Below, piece after piece: positions 1 through 8,769 of a DNA stretch of 53,791 bases. Below the pieces are notes generated by a model, which was not told where the DNA came from, made no database searches, and saw only the letters and a program-made list of their open reading frames with translations. This DNA comes from Escherichia phage mEp010. Positions within the stretch are counted from its first letter, which is position 1; every line of letters starts with the position of its first letter. Both the position numbers and the translations under genes were made by a program. The stretch lies in the sequence record PP180001; one strand, written 5' to 3'.

Positions 1-48
1 AGTTTTTCGTCAGTCTACCCATTCAAAAGATAAGTAGGTAACGCCATT

Positions 49-144
49 TCTATCATTTCATATCGTGTCACATCGTCACCGCTTCGCGTTGATTTCAAAA
101 GAAATATTTATTCTATCGTGTCATATCGTTTTCCATCGTGTTAC
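49..144. repeat. Cluster of short direct repeats upstream of int (two ~32-bp imperfect blocks, 49-80 and 112-144, carrying ATCGTGT[CT]A-type 9-mers)
   Basis: TCTATC..TCATATCGT..CATCGT pattern occurs twice; ATCGTGTCA at 62-70 and 115-123, ATCGTGTTA at 135-143; position fits integrase arm-type or int promoter-regulatory sites. Confidence 0.45.
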
Positions 145-161
145 TATCCATGCGTAAAATG

Positions 162-185
162 TGTGTACCAAATAGTGACCAAATT
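162..185. repeat. 24-bp direct repeat, left copy (TGTGTACCAAATAGTGACCAAATT); candidate att core / prophage boundary
   Basis: Matches 53722-53745 at 23 of 24 positions; ends 1 nt before the int ATG at 186. Confidence 0.45.
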
Positions 186-1385
186 ATGCTTACAGATACC
201 AAATTACGAAACATTCACGGCAAGCCATACGACGGCCCGGAAGAAGTGCCGGACGCTGGCGGATTGTCTGCCAGGATAAGCCCGCGCGGCGTTATATCTT
301 TCCAGTATCGCTACCGATTCAACGGCAAGCCTCGACGGATGAAGATTGGCACATACGGAGAAATAACACTCAAAGAAGCGCGGGCGGCGGTGGCGGAGCA
401 TAAAGAATTGCTAAACTCAGGACGAGATCCATCGGTAGCAAAAAGAATGCACCTTTCCCGCGTTACGACACGGGCAACGGTTGAGGATATTGTAAGGGAG
501 TACATGGAATCGCCGCAGGCAAGGAACATGGTCAATTATAAGCAGGTTGAGGCCATGTTAGGTAAGCACGTCATAAAACCATACGGTAGCTATATAGTCG
601 ATGATATGGACGCTATGATGTGGGAGGGAGTTTTTAGAAAGGTAGCTAATGGCGGCGCACCAGTTCAGGCAGGTATAGTTCTCAACAGAATGAAGGCCGT
701 AATAAAATACGCCATTCGCCGCCGCCGCGTGGATCGTGACGACATATCATTACTGTGCGTTAAAGACGTAGGCAAAAAACCAGCGCAAGGCAAGCGCGTT
801 TTGTCAATACAGGAGATCCACCATCTAATCAGCCTTGTAGACAGTTCAAAAATGGCGAGGCTGAATCAGATATTGATGAAGCTGATTATATTTACCGGGT
901 GCAGGACAAGCGAACTGACAAACGCAAGGCGCGAGCATTTCGATCTTGATAGCTGCGTGTGGACTGTTCCGGGTGCATTGAGTAAGAACAGGAATGAGTT
1001 TAAACGCGGTTTATCGGACGTTAGCGTGGCTTTATTGCGTGAGGCTATGGATCTGCATAGCTTTGATTTTGTCTTCGTTCCTGTGCTTTCCGGAAGGGAT
1101 GTGGCGGTGGACAGAAGCGTGCCGAAAACAGCAGCGAGGGATTTAATGATGAGGATGGGCGGCGAGCCGTGGTCGTGTCACGATCTACGCCGCACCGTGA
1201 GGACAAACCTTTCAGCGCTTGGCGTTGCGCCTCACGTTTCGGAAAAGGTTTTGGGGCATAAGCTGGCTGGGATGTTGGCTATATACGATCAGTATGACTA
1301 TGTGAGGGAACAAATAGAGGCGATGAATAAGCTGGCTGATTATTACATGAAGCCCATTGATTTACAAAATGAAATAACGTCCTGA
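186..1385 (+). CDS. int: Tyrosine-type site-specific integrase (P4-like family)
   Basis: Track ORF 138-1385; Met17 at 186 gives the typical MLTDTKLRN N-terminus; C-terminal catalytic signature (TGCRTSEL, HDLRRT, LGHKLAGMLAIYDQYDY). Confidence 0.9.
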   Translation: MLTDTKLRNIHGKPYDGPEEVPDAGGLSARISPRGVISFQYRYRFNGKPRRMKIGTYGEITLKEARAAVAEHKELLNSGRDPSVAKRMHLSRVTTRATVEDIVREYMESPQARNMVNYKQVEAMLGKHVIKPYGSYIVDDMDAMMWEGVFRKVANGGAPVQAGIVLNRMKAVIKYAIRRRRVDRDDISLLCVKDVGKKPAQGKRVLSIQEIHHLISLVDSSKMARLNQILMKLIIFTGCRTSELTNARREHFDLDSCVWTVPGALSKNRNEFKRGLSDVSVALLREAMDLHSFDFVFVPVLSGRDVAVDRSVPKTAARDLMMRMGGEPWSCHDLRRTVRTNLSALGVAPHVSEKVLGHKLAGMLAIYDQYDYVREQIEAMNKLADYYMKPIDLQNEITS

Positions 1386-1561
1386 TAACGGTAAAGAGAT
1401 CCGCCGCGCTTTAACGCTGGCATTCCCTTAACGGGTTCAGGGAATGGAGTACCTGAATCCTTCCATTTTTTAACCAGCTTAAAAAATGCTGACTTACTTA
1501 GCCCGCCTAACATTTTTTGCACTTGCTCACGATTAATAAGAATTGCGCCGATCTTATCCAT
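1343..1561 (-). CDS. xis: Excisionase / AlpA-type HTH DNA-binding protein
   Basis: 72 aa; LSKSAFFKLVKK...FPEPVK...YRYQDVISF resembles AlpA/Xis family; sits next to int, convergent and overlapping its 3' end. Confidence 0.6.
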   Translation of the reverse strand: MDKIGAILINREQVQKMLGGLSKSAFFKLVKKWKDSGTPFPEPVKGMPALKRGGSLYRYQDVISFCKSMGFM

Positions 1562-2223
1562 TATCTTTTCCCCGTGTATTCAACGTGTCCGATACATCCA
1601 TCAATAATAGCTTGCGCCATATTGCGGTAGTCGCACGAAAAATCATTGTCGCGGTTAAAGTTAATCTCTTTTGCTGCGTCTTCACCCATTACCTTAGTAG
1701 CAAGTGCGAACGCGATTTCAGCGAGCGCCTTTTCTTTCGGGCCAATGTGAATGCGGTAAGAGTATTGTTTCCATGCTATTGCTGTTTCCGTATCTGATAC
1801 TAATTTACTGTGAGCGATAGCCCAATTATCACCTAGATATGAAAACTTGACGACATCAAGAATAGTTCCACTTGTCAGACCTACACAATCAAGCCACACA
1901 CCAACCGGAGGCTTTTCGCCTACGGCCCATTCAGTTTTTTCTGGTTGCGTTTCGCAATCACGGCGTTCATCTTCGATTAATTCATCAATGATTTCACTTT
2001 CTTTATTCATACCGTCATCATCCTTATTCGATAAATTAGCGTATTCATCAAATTTCCAGCTTGCAGCCATAACCGAATAAGTGCCGCCAGTGTCAGCGCG
2101 AACACCTAATAAATAGTATGATCCAAAATTATATTCTGTGCGGCATGTTGTTACCTCAAACGATGGGTAACACTCAGGGTTAGTTCGATGGCTAATCACG
2201 CCAATTGCTTTAAGTTTATTCAT
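1561..2223 (-). CDS. Hypothetical protein (220 aa, acidic central region)
   Basis: Track ORF; GAGGA SD 8 nt upstream of ATG; last gene of leftward operon; no motif recognised. Confidence 0.6.
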   Translation of the reverse strand: MNKLKAIGVISHRTNPECYPSFEVTTCRTEYNFGSYYLLGVRADTGGTYSVMAASWKFDEYANLSNKDDDGMNKESEIIDELIEDERRDCETQPEKTEWAVGEKPPVGVWLDCVGLTSGTILDVVKFSYLGDNWAIAHSKLVSDTETAIAWKQYSYRIHIGPKEKALAEIAFALATKVMGEDAAKEINFNRDNDFSCDYRNMAQAIIDGCIGHVEYTGKR

Positions 2224-2237
2224 TTGCTTATCCTCAA

Positions 2238-2414
2238 TTACGCCACAGTTACATTGTCAACTTTGATAAAATATTCAGGGTGGTTTTCTATTTCGTGCTT
2301 AAAGTGCGCATGACACAATCGCCAATCACGCGCCTGATTGTGAAAATAGTAAACGTATTCGCCATCAATCTTGTATAAAATACCTGTAGGTTTAGCCATG
2401 TAGTAACGAACCAT
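2238..2414 (-). CDS. Small hypothetical protein (58 aa)
   Basis: ATG overlaps the ninB stop (TAATG); fills the gap between ninB and the 220-aa gene; below ORF-track size cut-off. Confidence 0.3.
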   Translation of the reverse strand: MVRYYMAKPTGILYKIDGEYVYYFHNQARDWRLCHAHFKHEIENHPEYFIKVDNVTVA

Positions 2415-2845
2415 TATTGCCCCCAGCGTTTTATAAACTCATCGTTTAACTTCGTATCGCCTGACCACTGAACACCATGTTCAGCGCCGAACGAGTAGAT
2501 CAGTTCGATTAATTCGCTAAATTCTGCTTTACTCATCCGGCTGGTTGACGTGCCCAGCACAACAAATCCTGATTTATCCAGGTTAGGGACAACGCCATAT
2601 TTCTTAAGCCCGGCAGTGAATACCGCTTTCCAGTCTTCCGGCGACAGCTTTTTGCCGTACCAATTAACCTGATCGCTAATGTCGGTTAACAGCGCCCAAA
2701 GCAACGCATTTTGACTTAGCGAGCGGGTTTTCTCCTGGATGGTAATTATCAGCGGGCTTTTGCTATCAGGCTGGATCTCTCTTATCTGCCTGATAGCATT
2801 TTCTTTCACGGCGTCGTTTACTATCTCAAATCTAATTTGCCTCAT
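2414..2845 (-). CDS. ninB: NinB (Orf-family) recombination mediator
   Basis: 143 aa; strong resemblance to lambda NinB (IITIQEK.RSL.QN..LWA.L.D.S.QV.W.G..L..E.WK.VFTA). Confidence 0.85.
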   Translation of the reverse strand: MRQIRFEIVNDAVKENAIRQIREIQPDSKSPLIITIQEKTRSLSQNALLWALLTDISDQVNWYGKKLSPEDWKAVFTAGLKKYGVVPNLDKSGFVVLGTSTSRMSKAEFSELIELIYSFGAEHGVQWSGDTKLNDEFIKRWGQ

Positions 2846-3039
2846 AATACACCGTTGCTATTTTTCCATTGTGCCCGTGCGTACATAATCGCCTGCAAAG
2901 AAATTAGCCGCGAGCTTGTCATGAAAGCGCCTTTTAAATATTTCATGTCAACCGTGACAGGTTTATCAGGATCATCGCCGCGCATGTATTCCGCAATTGT
3001 GCTTAAGTCTTCCACGGTCAAATCTAATTCCCTATTCAT
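2842..3039 (-). CDS. Hypothetical protein (65 aa)
   Basis: Track ORF, 4-nt overlap with ninB start; operon packing. Confidence 0.5.
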   Translation of the reverse strand: MNRELDLTVEDLSTIAEYMRGDDPDKPVTVDMKYLKGAFMTSSRLISLQAIMYARAQWKNSNGVL

Positions 3040-3048
3040 GGTCGCCCC

Positions 3049-3255
3049 TTACACAATACGCATTGTGTTTCGTAATTCACCGCGCAACGCCTGCAAAGCG
3101 TAACGAATAGGCACAAAAGCCCGGTTAAATTTTACGTGCCTGTACTTGCGCATTAGTGGAGGCGTATAAACCATCGCGCCGCAAGAATTGCATGGAAATT
3201 TAAAGTGTGATTCGTCAATGAATGTTTCAACTGAATAAAAAATTACCCGTCTCAT
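3049..3255 (-). CDS. Hypothetical protein (68 aa, Cys-containing)
   Basis: Track ORF; start overlaps stop of upstream gene. Confidence 0.5.
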   Translation of the reverse strand: MRRVIFYSVETFIDESHFKFPCNSCGAMVYTPPLMRKYRHVKFNRAFVPIRYALQALRGELRNTMRIV

Positions 3256-3845
3256 AATTCCAACCCCGTTTCACCGTTAAGTTTTTCGATCTCAAATACT
3301 GGCTTATCAGGCAGAAGGCCGTTGTTTTTCCGGTATTCGCTCAGGCGACTATCAAAGTCAAACGCCAGATCATTAGCGTGACCGAATCGCCCAGGTTTAA
3401 ACAGCGAGTAAAAGTTAACCCCGTGCCTATTTGGATCAACGCAAAGCGTTTCATCAATCACCATTAAACGCAGAGTACGAGAAAGATAATTCCACGGTAT
3501 TCCCGTTTCAGCGCTAATGTCGCGCATACGCTTTTTAACGCTGTAGCCACCAAATAACGACGCGACACGCTCACGACGTTCAGCATATAACTGTTTAATA
3601 CGATAACCCAGCAGACGGCGGCGGCGTCCAAAACATGTATACACGCGCTCGACGATACCGTTTTTTATTAAGTGTTTAATTGTCTCAGGCAGTAACCCGT
3701 CTTTGTCATATCCAGCCAATAACCCCGTTTTATTGCGTAACTGGTGCATTGTTGCGATGCCATCAAGTTCAAGGATATTGATAACTTTTGTTTCAAGTTC
3801 AGCGCTCATTGCTTTTAGCCTCATTAAAAACGCGATAACAGCCAC
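3252..3845 (-). CDS. Hypothetical protein (197 aa) downstream of helicase
   Basis: Track ORF in leftward replication operon; no motif recognised. Confidence 0.55.
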   Translation of the reverse strand: MAVIAFLMRLKAMSAELETKVINILELDGIATMHQLRNKTGLLAGYDKDGLLPETIKHLIKNGIVERVYTCFGRRRRLLGYRIKQLYAERRERVASLFGGYSVKKRMRDISAETGIPWNYLSRTLRLMVIDETLCVDPNRHGVNFYSLFKPGRFGHANDLAFDFDSRLSEYRKNNGLLPDKPVFEIEKLNGETGLEL

Positions 3846-3888
3846 CAGAAAGCGGTAAACTTTCCGGTAAGCCGTTTGCTCATATTGA

Positions 3889-5304
3889 TTAAAAAGATGT
3901 GTTATTCTGATTGTTTCGTTGGTTAAAACGGCTTGTGCGATGATTCATTGACTGAATACACGCTGCGGCTGCGCGCGCCTGGTCGCATGGCAAGATATTA
4001 CCGTTGTCATCAAACCGCTGGTAAACAGTTCCAGACTTACCATGACGGTTTTTTGACACAATGATTTCCATGTATTCGCGGGCAACAGACTGCTCGTCGT
4101 AATACCCATCGCGGTAAACCATGATTATTCTGTCGGCATCTTGCTCAAGGTTGCCGGAATCACGCAGATCAGAATTATTAGGGCGCTTGTTTGGTCGTTC
4201 CTCAACTCGTCGTGATAATTGCGCTAGCGCTAACACTGGAACGCGCAATTCTTTTGCCATCATCTTCAACGACCATGACAATTGCCCAACGGCGAGATCA
4301 TGACGTTCTGCCTTAGCCAGCTTCATCAACCCTATGTAGTCAATCATTACCATACCCAGGTTGGGATGTTCCTGTTTCATCCGTTCCGTGGTGGCGCGTA
4401 TTTCCTCAACCGTTAACTGCGACGCGTCAACGATCCACACATCAAGATTAGCAAGTGCGCTCATACCCTGTCCGACATGCGCCCAACCCTCATCATCAAG
4501 TTTTACCGGATTGCGCAGGCAGTCAGTTGATAAATTACCAGCGCCAGCAATGGCCCGCTCAGTCATCTGATCGAGTGACATTTCAAGCGTGAAGAGCAAA
4601 ACGCCAACCCGCTGTTCTTTACTGCCAGGGTAAGGGCGTTCAGCGGCTGCGCGGGCAATTGCCAGCGCCAACGCAGATTTACCAGACCCAGGGCGTCCGG
4701 CGAGAAGTACCAAATCAGTAGCGTTAATGCCGCCCAACATTTCGTCGAGTGGTTCTATACCTGTTTTGATGTTGTCAGAATTGACACCGCATTCCATGCG
4801 CTTGCTTAAAACATCCGTATATTCCTGTACCGCATCGCGCAACAGAACCGGAATGATCTTATCTTTCGTTACCTTTAATTTTGAATACCGGGAATCAAAA
4901 TCTTTCATCGTCTCTTTGACGACCTCAAGCGTCCCCGTTTCCAGTTTGTAGCGCATATCGTCGATGAGTTCCAACATCTGCCGCCGCTGGTGCTCTTCAC
5001 GTAGTAGCTGTGCGTATCCCTTCAGGTTGGCAGCAGACGGGCACGATCGCGCCGTTTGCATTAGCGGTACGAAATTTTCATTACCAATCTCATCACCTAC
5101 CAGCAATGCATCGATGAGGTTCCTGTTTCTTGCTTGCGCCCGGATAATTTCAAAAGCCCGCTTATACAGCGGAATAGTGAACACTTCAGGATCAAGCGTA
5201 GCGAGAACATCTTGCGCGTTAGGAGTAAGGCCGCCCAACAGCAGCCCACCGATAACTGACGCCTCACGTTCCTGCCGTAGTGAGTTTATTTGCTCAGTTA
5301 CCAT
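3889..5304 (-). CDS. Replicative DNA helicase, DnaB family
   Basis: 471 aa; Walker A GRPGSGKSALALAIA, Walker B VMIDYIGLM, DnaB N-terminal domain. Confidence 0.9.
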   Translation of the reverse strand: MVTEQINSLRQEREASVIGGLLLGGLTPNAQDVLATLDPEVFTIPLYKRAFEIIRAQARNRNLIDALLVGDEIGNENFVPLMQTARSCPSAANLKGYAQLLREEHQRRQMLELIDDMRYKLETGTLEVVKETMKDFDSRYSKLKVTKDKIIPVLLRDAVQEYTDVLSKRMECGVNSDNIKTGIEPLDEMLGGINATDLVLLAGRPGSGKSALALAIARAAAERPYPGSKEQRVGVLLFTLEMSLDQMTERAIAGAGNLSTDCLRNPVKLDDEGWAHVGQGMSALANLDVWIVDASQLTVEEIRATTERMKQEHPNLGMVMIDYIGLMKLAKAERHDLAVGQLSWSLKMMAKELRVPVLALAQLSRRVEERPNKRPNNSDLRDSGNLEQDADRIIMVYRDGYYDEQSVAREYMEIIVSKNRHGKSGTVYQRFDDNGNILPCDQARAAAACIQSMNHRTSRFNQRNNQNNTSF

Positions 5305-5894
5305 TATGTCATTACCTCATGTTTACAAAATGTATTTTCGATTGGTAAAGAAATGCCGTGATTACTATGAAAGTTATATATTCTTTCTGCTTCTTTTCTT
5401 GCTTTCACGGCATCATCAAACGAATCACCGTAATAAACGTATATTGTTTTCTTTTTACCATCAGATCCCCTTATACCTATTTGCGCCCGCCATTTATGGG
5501 TTTTCTTGTTCCATGTAACGCCAACGCACCCACTAGTGTTATTTGATGGCATTATTTTATTTCTGTTATTTTCCTGCCTTGTTACCATTCTTAAATTTTC
5601 GATCCTATCGTCACCAGGGATATGGTTTATGTGGTCTATTTCCATTCCATCAGGAATAGGGCCGTTAAACATTTCCCAAATAATGCGGTGACGCCATGTA
5701 CAACAGATACCATTAACGCAGATAGTCCAATAGCCGCGATGATGCTTACTTCCAGCCACGCTACCTGCTTTTATTTTGTTATTTGCGCGGTTACAAGACC
5801 AATATAGAACGCCGTTCTTATAGGTAAATAAATCATCCCACATCATGACATCCCACCATTTCAGGTCTATATACAAAGCGACCAATTTCGCCAT
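5304..5894 (-). CDS. HNH homing endonuclease (HNH plus AP2-like domain)
   Basis: 196 aa; DHINHIPGDDRIENL...NNRNK HNH motif, GYW..CVNG and SGCVGVTWNKKTHKWRAQI AP2-like repeats; wedged between replication genes, overlapping both neighbours. Confidence 0.8.
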   Translation of the reverse strand: MAKLVALYIDLKWWDVMMWDDLFTYKNGVLYWSCNRANNKIKAGSVAGSKHHRGYWTICVNGICCTWRHRIIWEMFNGPIPDGMEIDHINHIPGDDRIENLRMVTRQENNRNKIMPSNNTSGCVGVTWNKKTHKWRAQIGIRGSDGKKKTIYVYYGDSFDDAVKARKEAERIYNFHSNHGISLPIENTFCKHEVMT

Positions 5895-6963
5895 AATCAG
5901 GACTGTAAATTATAACCGCCGCGCAACGTTGCGATCGCCAGCCTCCATTAGTTGAATAAGCGTCTTTTCCCGCTAACGTGCCGTGGTGTTCAACTATGCC
6001 TATAGATGATTCTATTACTGATTTATGGTGCAAATGTCCGACATGGACGTAAACATATTTCGACTTGCCAAAGTCTTCCCGCCAGTCAGACACACAAGCA
6101 GACAATAAATTTTCAGGTTTTTTGATTGTGTGTCCGTGGTGGTAAGCAAGGAATGTTTTGCCGTACTGTGTGTGGTGGACGATGGCAGGGGACACATCAA
6201 CCGTCACGCGCGGTTCATCTTCGTAAAAAGCCGCCAGCGCCGCACGTAGCCAGATCATTCCTGACTGGTCGTGATTGCCTGATAACACTTGGATCTCGAC
6301 GTCTTTGTGGTTTAACAACATCTTTCCAACAGCCCGCCGGACCGAACGGATCGCCACATAAACAAGTTTTGCGTAGCGTGAATCGCAATCAAGTACGTGA
6401 TTGCTTGATGGCGTAACTGGCAACAGTCCGTCAGTGTGAAGAACATCCCCGCCGAGAAGCAATACGGCTTTTTCAGACATCGGAGCAGCGCCTACAGCGT
6501 AGTCAAAGAAGTCATTCAATACGCGCTCAGCGATCCCAGTGTCGTAGCTCTCGCCGCATTCAGCTTTGTGGGCAAGTGCCCCGATATGCAAATCAAATAC
6601 CGGATAAAGGGCCAGGCTTTTTTGAAAATCAATTTCAGGCACTGGCACTGCCTCCGCGCGTGGTATTTCTTCCGTGAATGCGTCGCGGGCAGCTTCCATT
6701 AGCCTTTCCATTTCATCGCGGTCACGGGCTGTTTTAATCCAGCGCATGACCGTATTCCCAGCCTTATCGACAAGAACAGATTCACCAGTAACGCCAAAAC
6801 CCGGCGCGCGGCGCGTTGATAATAAACCGCGTTTCGCCAGCTTTGCGCCCAGCCGCTCGACGTTGCGTTTTGACATGCCATATTTTTCAGCGATCTGTTT
6901 ATACGTCAGACCGTTGTTATATTCAGCGATCAATTGCTCATCGCTGATTTTTCTTTGCGACAT
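5833..6963 (-). CDS. N-terminal HTH fused to calcineurin-like metallophosphoesterase
   Basis: 376 aa; HTH (LTYKQIAEKYGMSKRNVERL) then phosphoesterase motifs DLHIG, GGDVLHTDG, GNHD, GHLHH. Confidence 0.65.
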   Translation of the reverse strand: MSQRKISDEQLIAEYNNGLTYKQIAEKYGMSKRNVERLGAKLAKRGLLSTRRAPGFGVTGESVLVDKAGNTVMRWIKTARDRDEMERLMEAARDAFTEEIPRAEAVPVPEIDFQKSLALYPVFDLHIGALAHKAECGESYDTGIAERVLNDFFDYAVGAAPMSEKAVLLLGGDVLHTDGLLPVTPSSNHVLDCDSRYAKLVYVAIRSVRRAVGKMLLNHKDVEIQVLSGNHDQSGMIWLRAALAAFYEDEPRVTVDVSPAIVHHTQYGKTFLAYHHGHTIKKPENLLSACVSDWREDFGKSKYVYVHVGHLHHKSVIESSIGIVEHHGTLAGKDAYSTNGGWRSQRCAAVIIYSPDYGEIGRFVYRPEMVGCHDVG

Positions 6964-7124
6964 AATGTTAATTCCTCCGGTTTACAGAATGTATATTTAT
7001 TTTCCGTAAAACGCGCTACAACGCAAAAATCCACCGCGTAACCCACTTGTAAGGGTGCAGTGTCTTTTTTGCGCCAGAAGCGCAATCAGGTGGCTAATTT
7101 TTGATTTACAGACTGGTAGGTAGG

Positions 7125-7226
7125 TTATGGATTGACAAGAAGGAACAAACCGCCGAACAAAACCACGTTAACAGCGATTGCAGCGGCGATGGCAAAAGCC
7201 AGGGCGAAAACGTGTTTACCGTCCAT
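7125..7226 (-). CDS. Possible 33-aa hydrophobic micropeptide (MDGKHVFALAFAIAAAIAVNVVLFGGLFLLVNP)
   Basis: Small ORF with AGAGG-type SD in the 400-bp gap between replication genes; speculative. Confidence 0.2.
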   Translation of the reverse strand: MDGKHVFALAFAIAAAIAVNVVLFGGLFLLVNP

Positions 7227-7360
7227 TTTCGAAATCCTCTCTGTAACGCTCTATAACGAGCTAATCGCAAAAAGGTAAGCAAGTGTAGCACCACATGCGA
7301 TTTATCTCGCTGGCGAGCTTGTTTTGCGGGTTATTTTGGGTTTTTGTGGATCGTGGTTGG

Positions 7361-8368
7361 TCAAAGAGCGCCACATCGTGTATCACGTAGCGTTTTTGGT
7401 TTAAGCAGGAAATCAAGTGTCGCTATGAAGCCATTGCCGAAGTAAAAATCTGAAGCCGTGTTTTTGAACGTTTCAAAGTAGGCGACAAAGCCGTTGATGC
7501 TTTTGTCTTTCAGGTAGTCAGTGAACGCATAAATCTTGCGTTCAAGATCCCGATCCAGTTCGGCAGGTGGCAACAGGCCATCAAACGTGCTGTTAAATGC
7601 CTCCACTACGTCGGCAGCGTTTGCAGTGGCTGACAGTTTGCGCCATTTTTCAGCATCAGCCAGATACCCATCAAATTTAGTTACCCGGCAAATGTTTATA
7701 GGCTTAGGTGTTCCACCACGGCTACGCCATTGTGTTAAAGCCCACTCAATCACTAACGTGATCTCACCCTCCGTATACGCTTTACGTGTTTTTGTTTCTG
7801 TCAGTAGTTCTACGAATGGCTTAGCATCACGACATTTGCATCCTGCCTTGTCGTTGTAGAAGGCCAGGCAACGCAATGCCGCCAGGTTAACCTCCCGATC
7901 TTCTTCGCTGATAGACCGGTCTTTTTCCAATACACGGAGTGTATTGTTTTTAATGTTCTCTTTACTGGTTATATATGACTGGTTAGGGTGACTCTGTGAC
8001 ACTACCCCCGGTGACTCTGTGTCACTACCCCGGTGACTCTGTGTCACTACCCCCGGTGTCACTGTGACACTACCATGCAATGACGGAAGGACTATTACAT
8101 AGAAATTACTAGTTTGCTCTTTTCCTCCGATTAAATATCTTGGTTGTTTAATCAACAACCCTTTTTCACAAAGTGAGTCTACAGCCCTCATAGCTGTTCT
8201 TTTGCTGATCTCACACTCCTTTGCTATGTGATGGTAAGAAGGATAACACTCTCCGTTATCATTAGCGTTATCAGCTAACTTCAACAGCACCAGTTTGTGC
8301 ATTGGGTCGCCGACCTCAGTATGGAAGACCTCTACCATTAGCCGCATACTCATAAGCATTAACCTCAT
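7361..8368 (-). CDS. Replication initiator (O-like; winged-HTH N-domain, origin iterons inside gene)
   Basis: 335 aa; iteron array embedded in the coding sequence as in lambda O; adjacent to helicase. Confidence 0.7.
   Translation of the reverse strand: MRLMLMSMRLMVEVFHTEVGDPMHKLVLLKLADNANDNGECYPSYHHIAKECEISKRTAMRAVDSLCEKGLLIKQPRYLIGGKEQTSNFYVIVLPSLHGSVTVTPGVVTQSHRGSDTESPGVVSQSHPNQSYITSKENIKNNTLRVLEKDRSISEEDREVNLAALRCLAFYNDKAGCKCRDAKPFVELLTETKTRKAYTEGEITLVIEWALTQWRSRGGTPKPINICRVTKFDGYLADAEKWRKLSATANAADVVEAFNSTFDGLLPPAELDRDLERKIYAFTDYLKDKSINGFVAYFETFKNTASDFYFGNGFIATLDFLLKPKTLRDTRCGAL
7986..8074. repeat. Origin iterons: four tandem ~22-bp repeats (GGTGACTCTGTGTCACTACCCC), each with a GTGAC-N5-GTCAC palindrome, flanked by an AT-rich stretch (7940-7985)
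   Basis: Seen directly; encodes the GVVTQSH-repeat linker of the initiator. Confidence 0.75.
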
Positions 8369-8374
8369 GACGAA

Positions 8375-8620
8375 CTAAAACATTAACTGATAAACGCAGA
8401 AGAAACCTGGCAGCTGGCTGATTAGGCCGCTTCTTTTCAGTTGATGCAGTGCAGAGATAGTGTCGCGTAACGAAATTTCGCACATTTCCGCGATCTCTTC
8501 TGGCGTTACTTCGCTTTTGCCGTTGCATCCAGCCTTTGTTGCCAGTGCAATTAAGATGAGTTTTTGCGCCGGATCATTGTTATTCAGGCGAATATCAAAA
8601 GCCTTGCGCACGTAATACAT
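8375..8620 (-). CDS. Winged-HTH regulatory protein at the Cro position (paralogous to initiator N-domain)
   Basis: 81 aa; first gene of leftward operon, divergent from repressor; HTH segment EEIAEMCEISLRDTISALHQLKRSGLI parallels the initiator N-terminus. Confidence 0.55.
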   Translation of the reverse strand: MYYVRKAFDIRLNNNDPAQKLILIALATKAGCNGKSEVTPEEIAEMCEISLRDTISALHQLKRSGLISQLPGFFCVYQLMF

Positions 8621-8727
8621 ATTCTTTCTCCTATGATTAGAGTGAACGCGCGGGCGGGCATCCCATTAGCATTAGATAGCAGTGACTGACCGCTCAACAG
8701 ATCCCGCCGTTGCGTGATATTTGTTTT

Positions 8728-8761
8728 TCGCTTCGCAGCGACACCAGATTTTTAAAGAGCT
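8728..8761 (-). promoter_or_regulatory. nutR-like site (boxA AGCTCTTTA plus boxB-like hairpin) on the leftward transcript
   Basis: Minus strand reads GCTCTTTAAAAATCTGGT then hairpin TCGC-TGCGAA-GCGA; same 15-mer as the nutL-like site. Confidence 0.5.
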
Positions 8762-8769
8762 TAAGGAAT

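Noticed and set aside
204-535. Minus-strand ORFs 204-401 and 311-535 inside int
   Set aside because: Antisense to a well-supported integrase gene; no SD; typical shadow ORFs.
4121-5807. Plus-strand ORFs (4121-4303, 4361-4570, 4727-4951, 4964-5518, 5358-5546, 5506-5691, 5622-5807) antisense to the helicase and HNH genes
   Set aside because: Shadow ORFs opposite confidently assigned genes.
7986-8074. Tandem ~22-bp repeats that could superficially suggest a CRISPR array
   Set aside because: Repeats are contiguous with no spacers, lie inside a coding frame and have the palindromic iteron form; interpreted as origin iterons.
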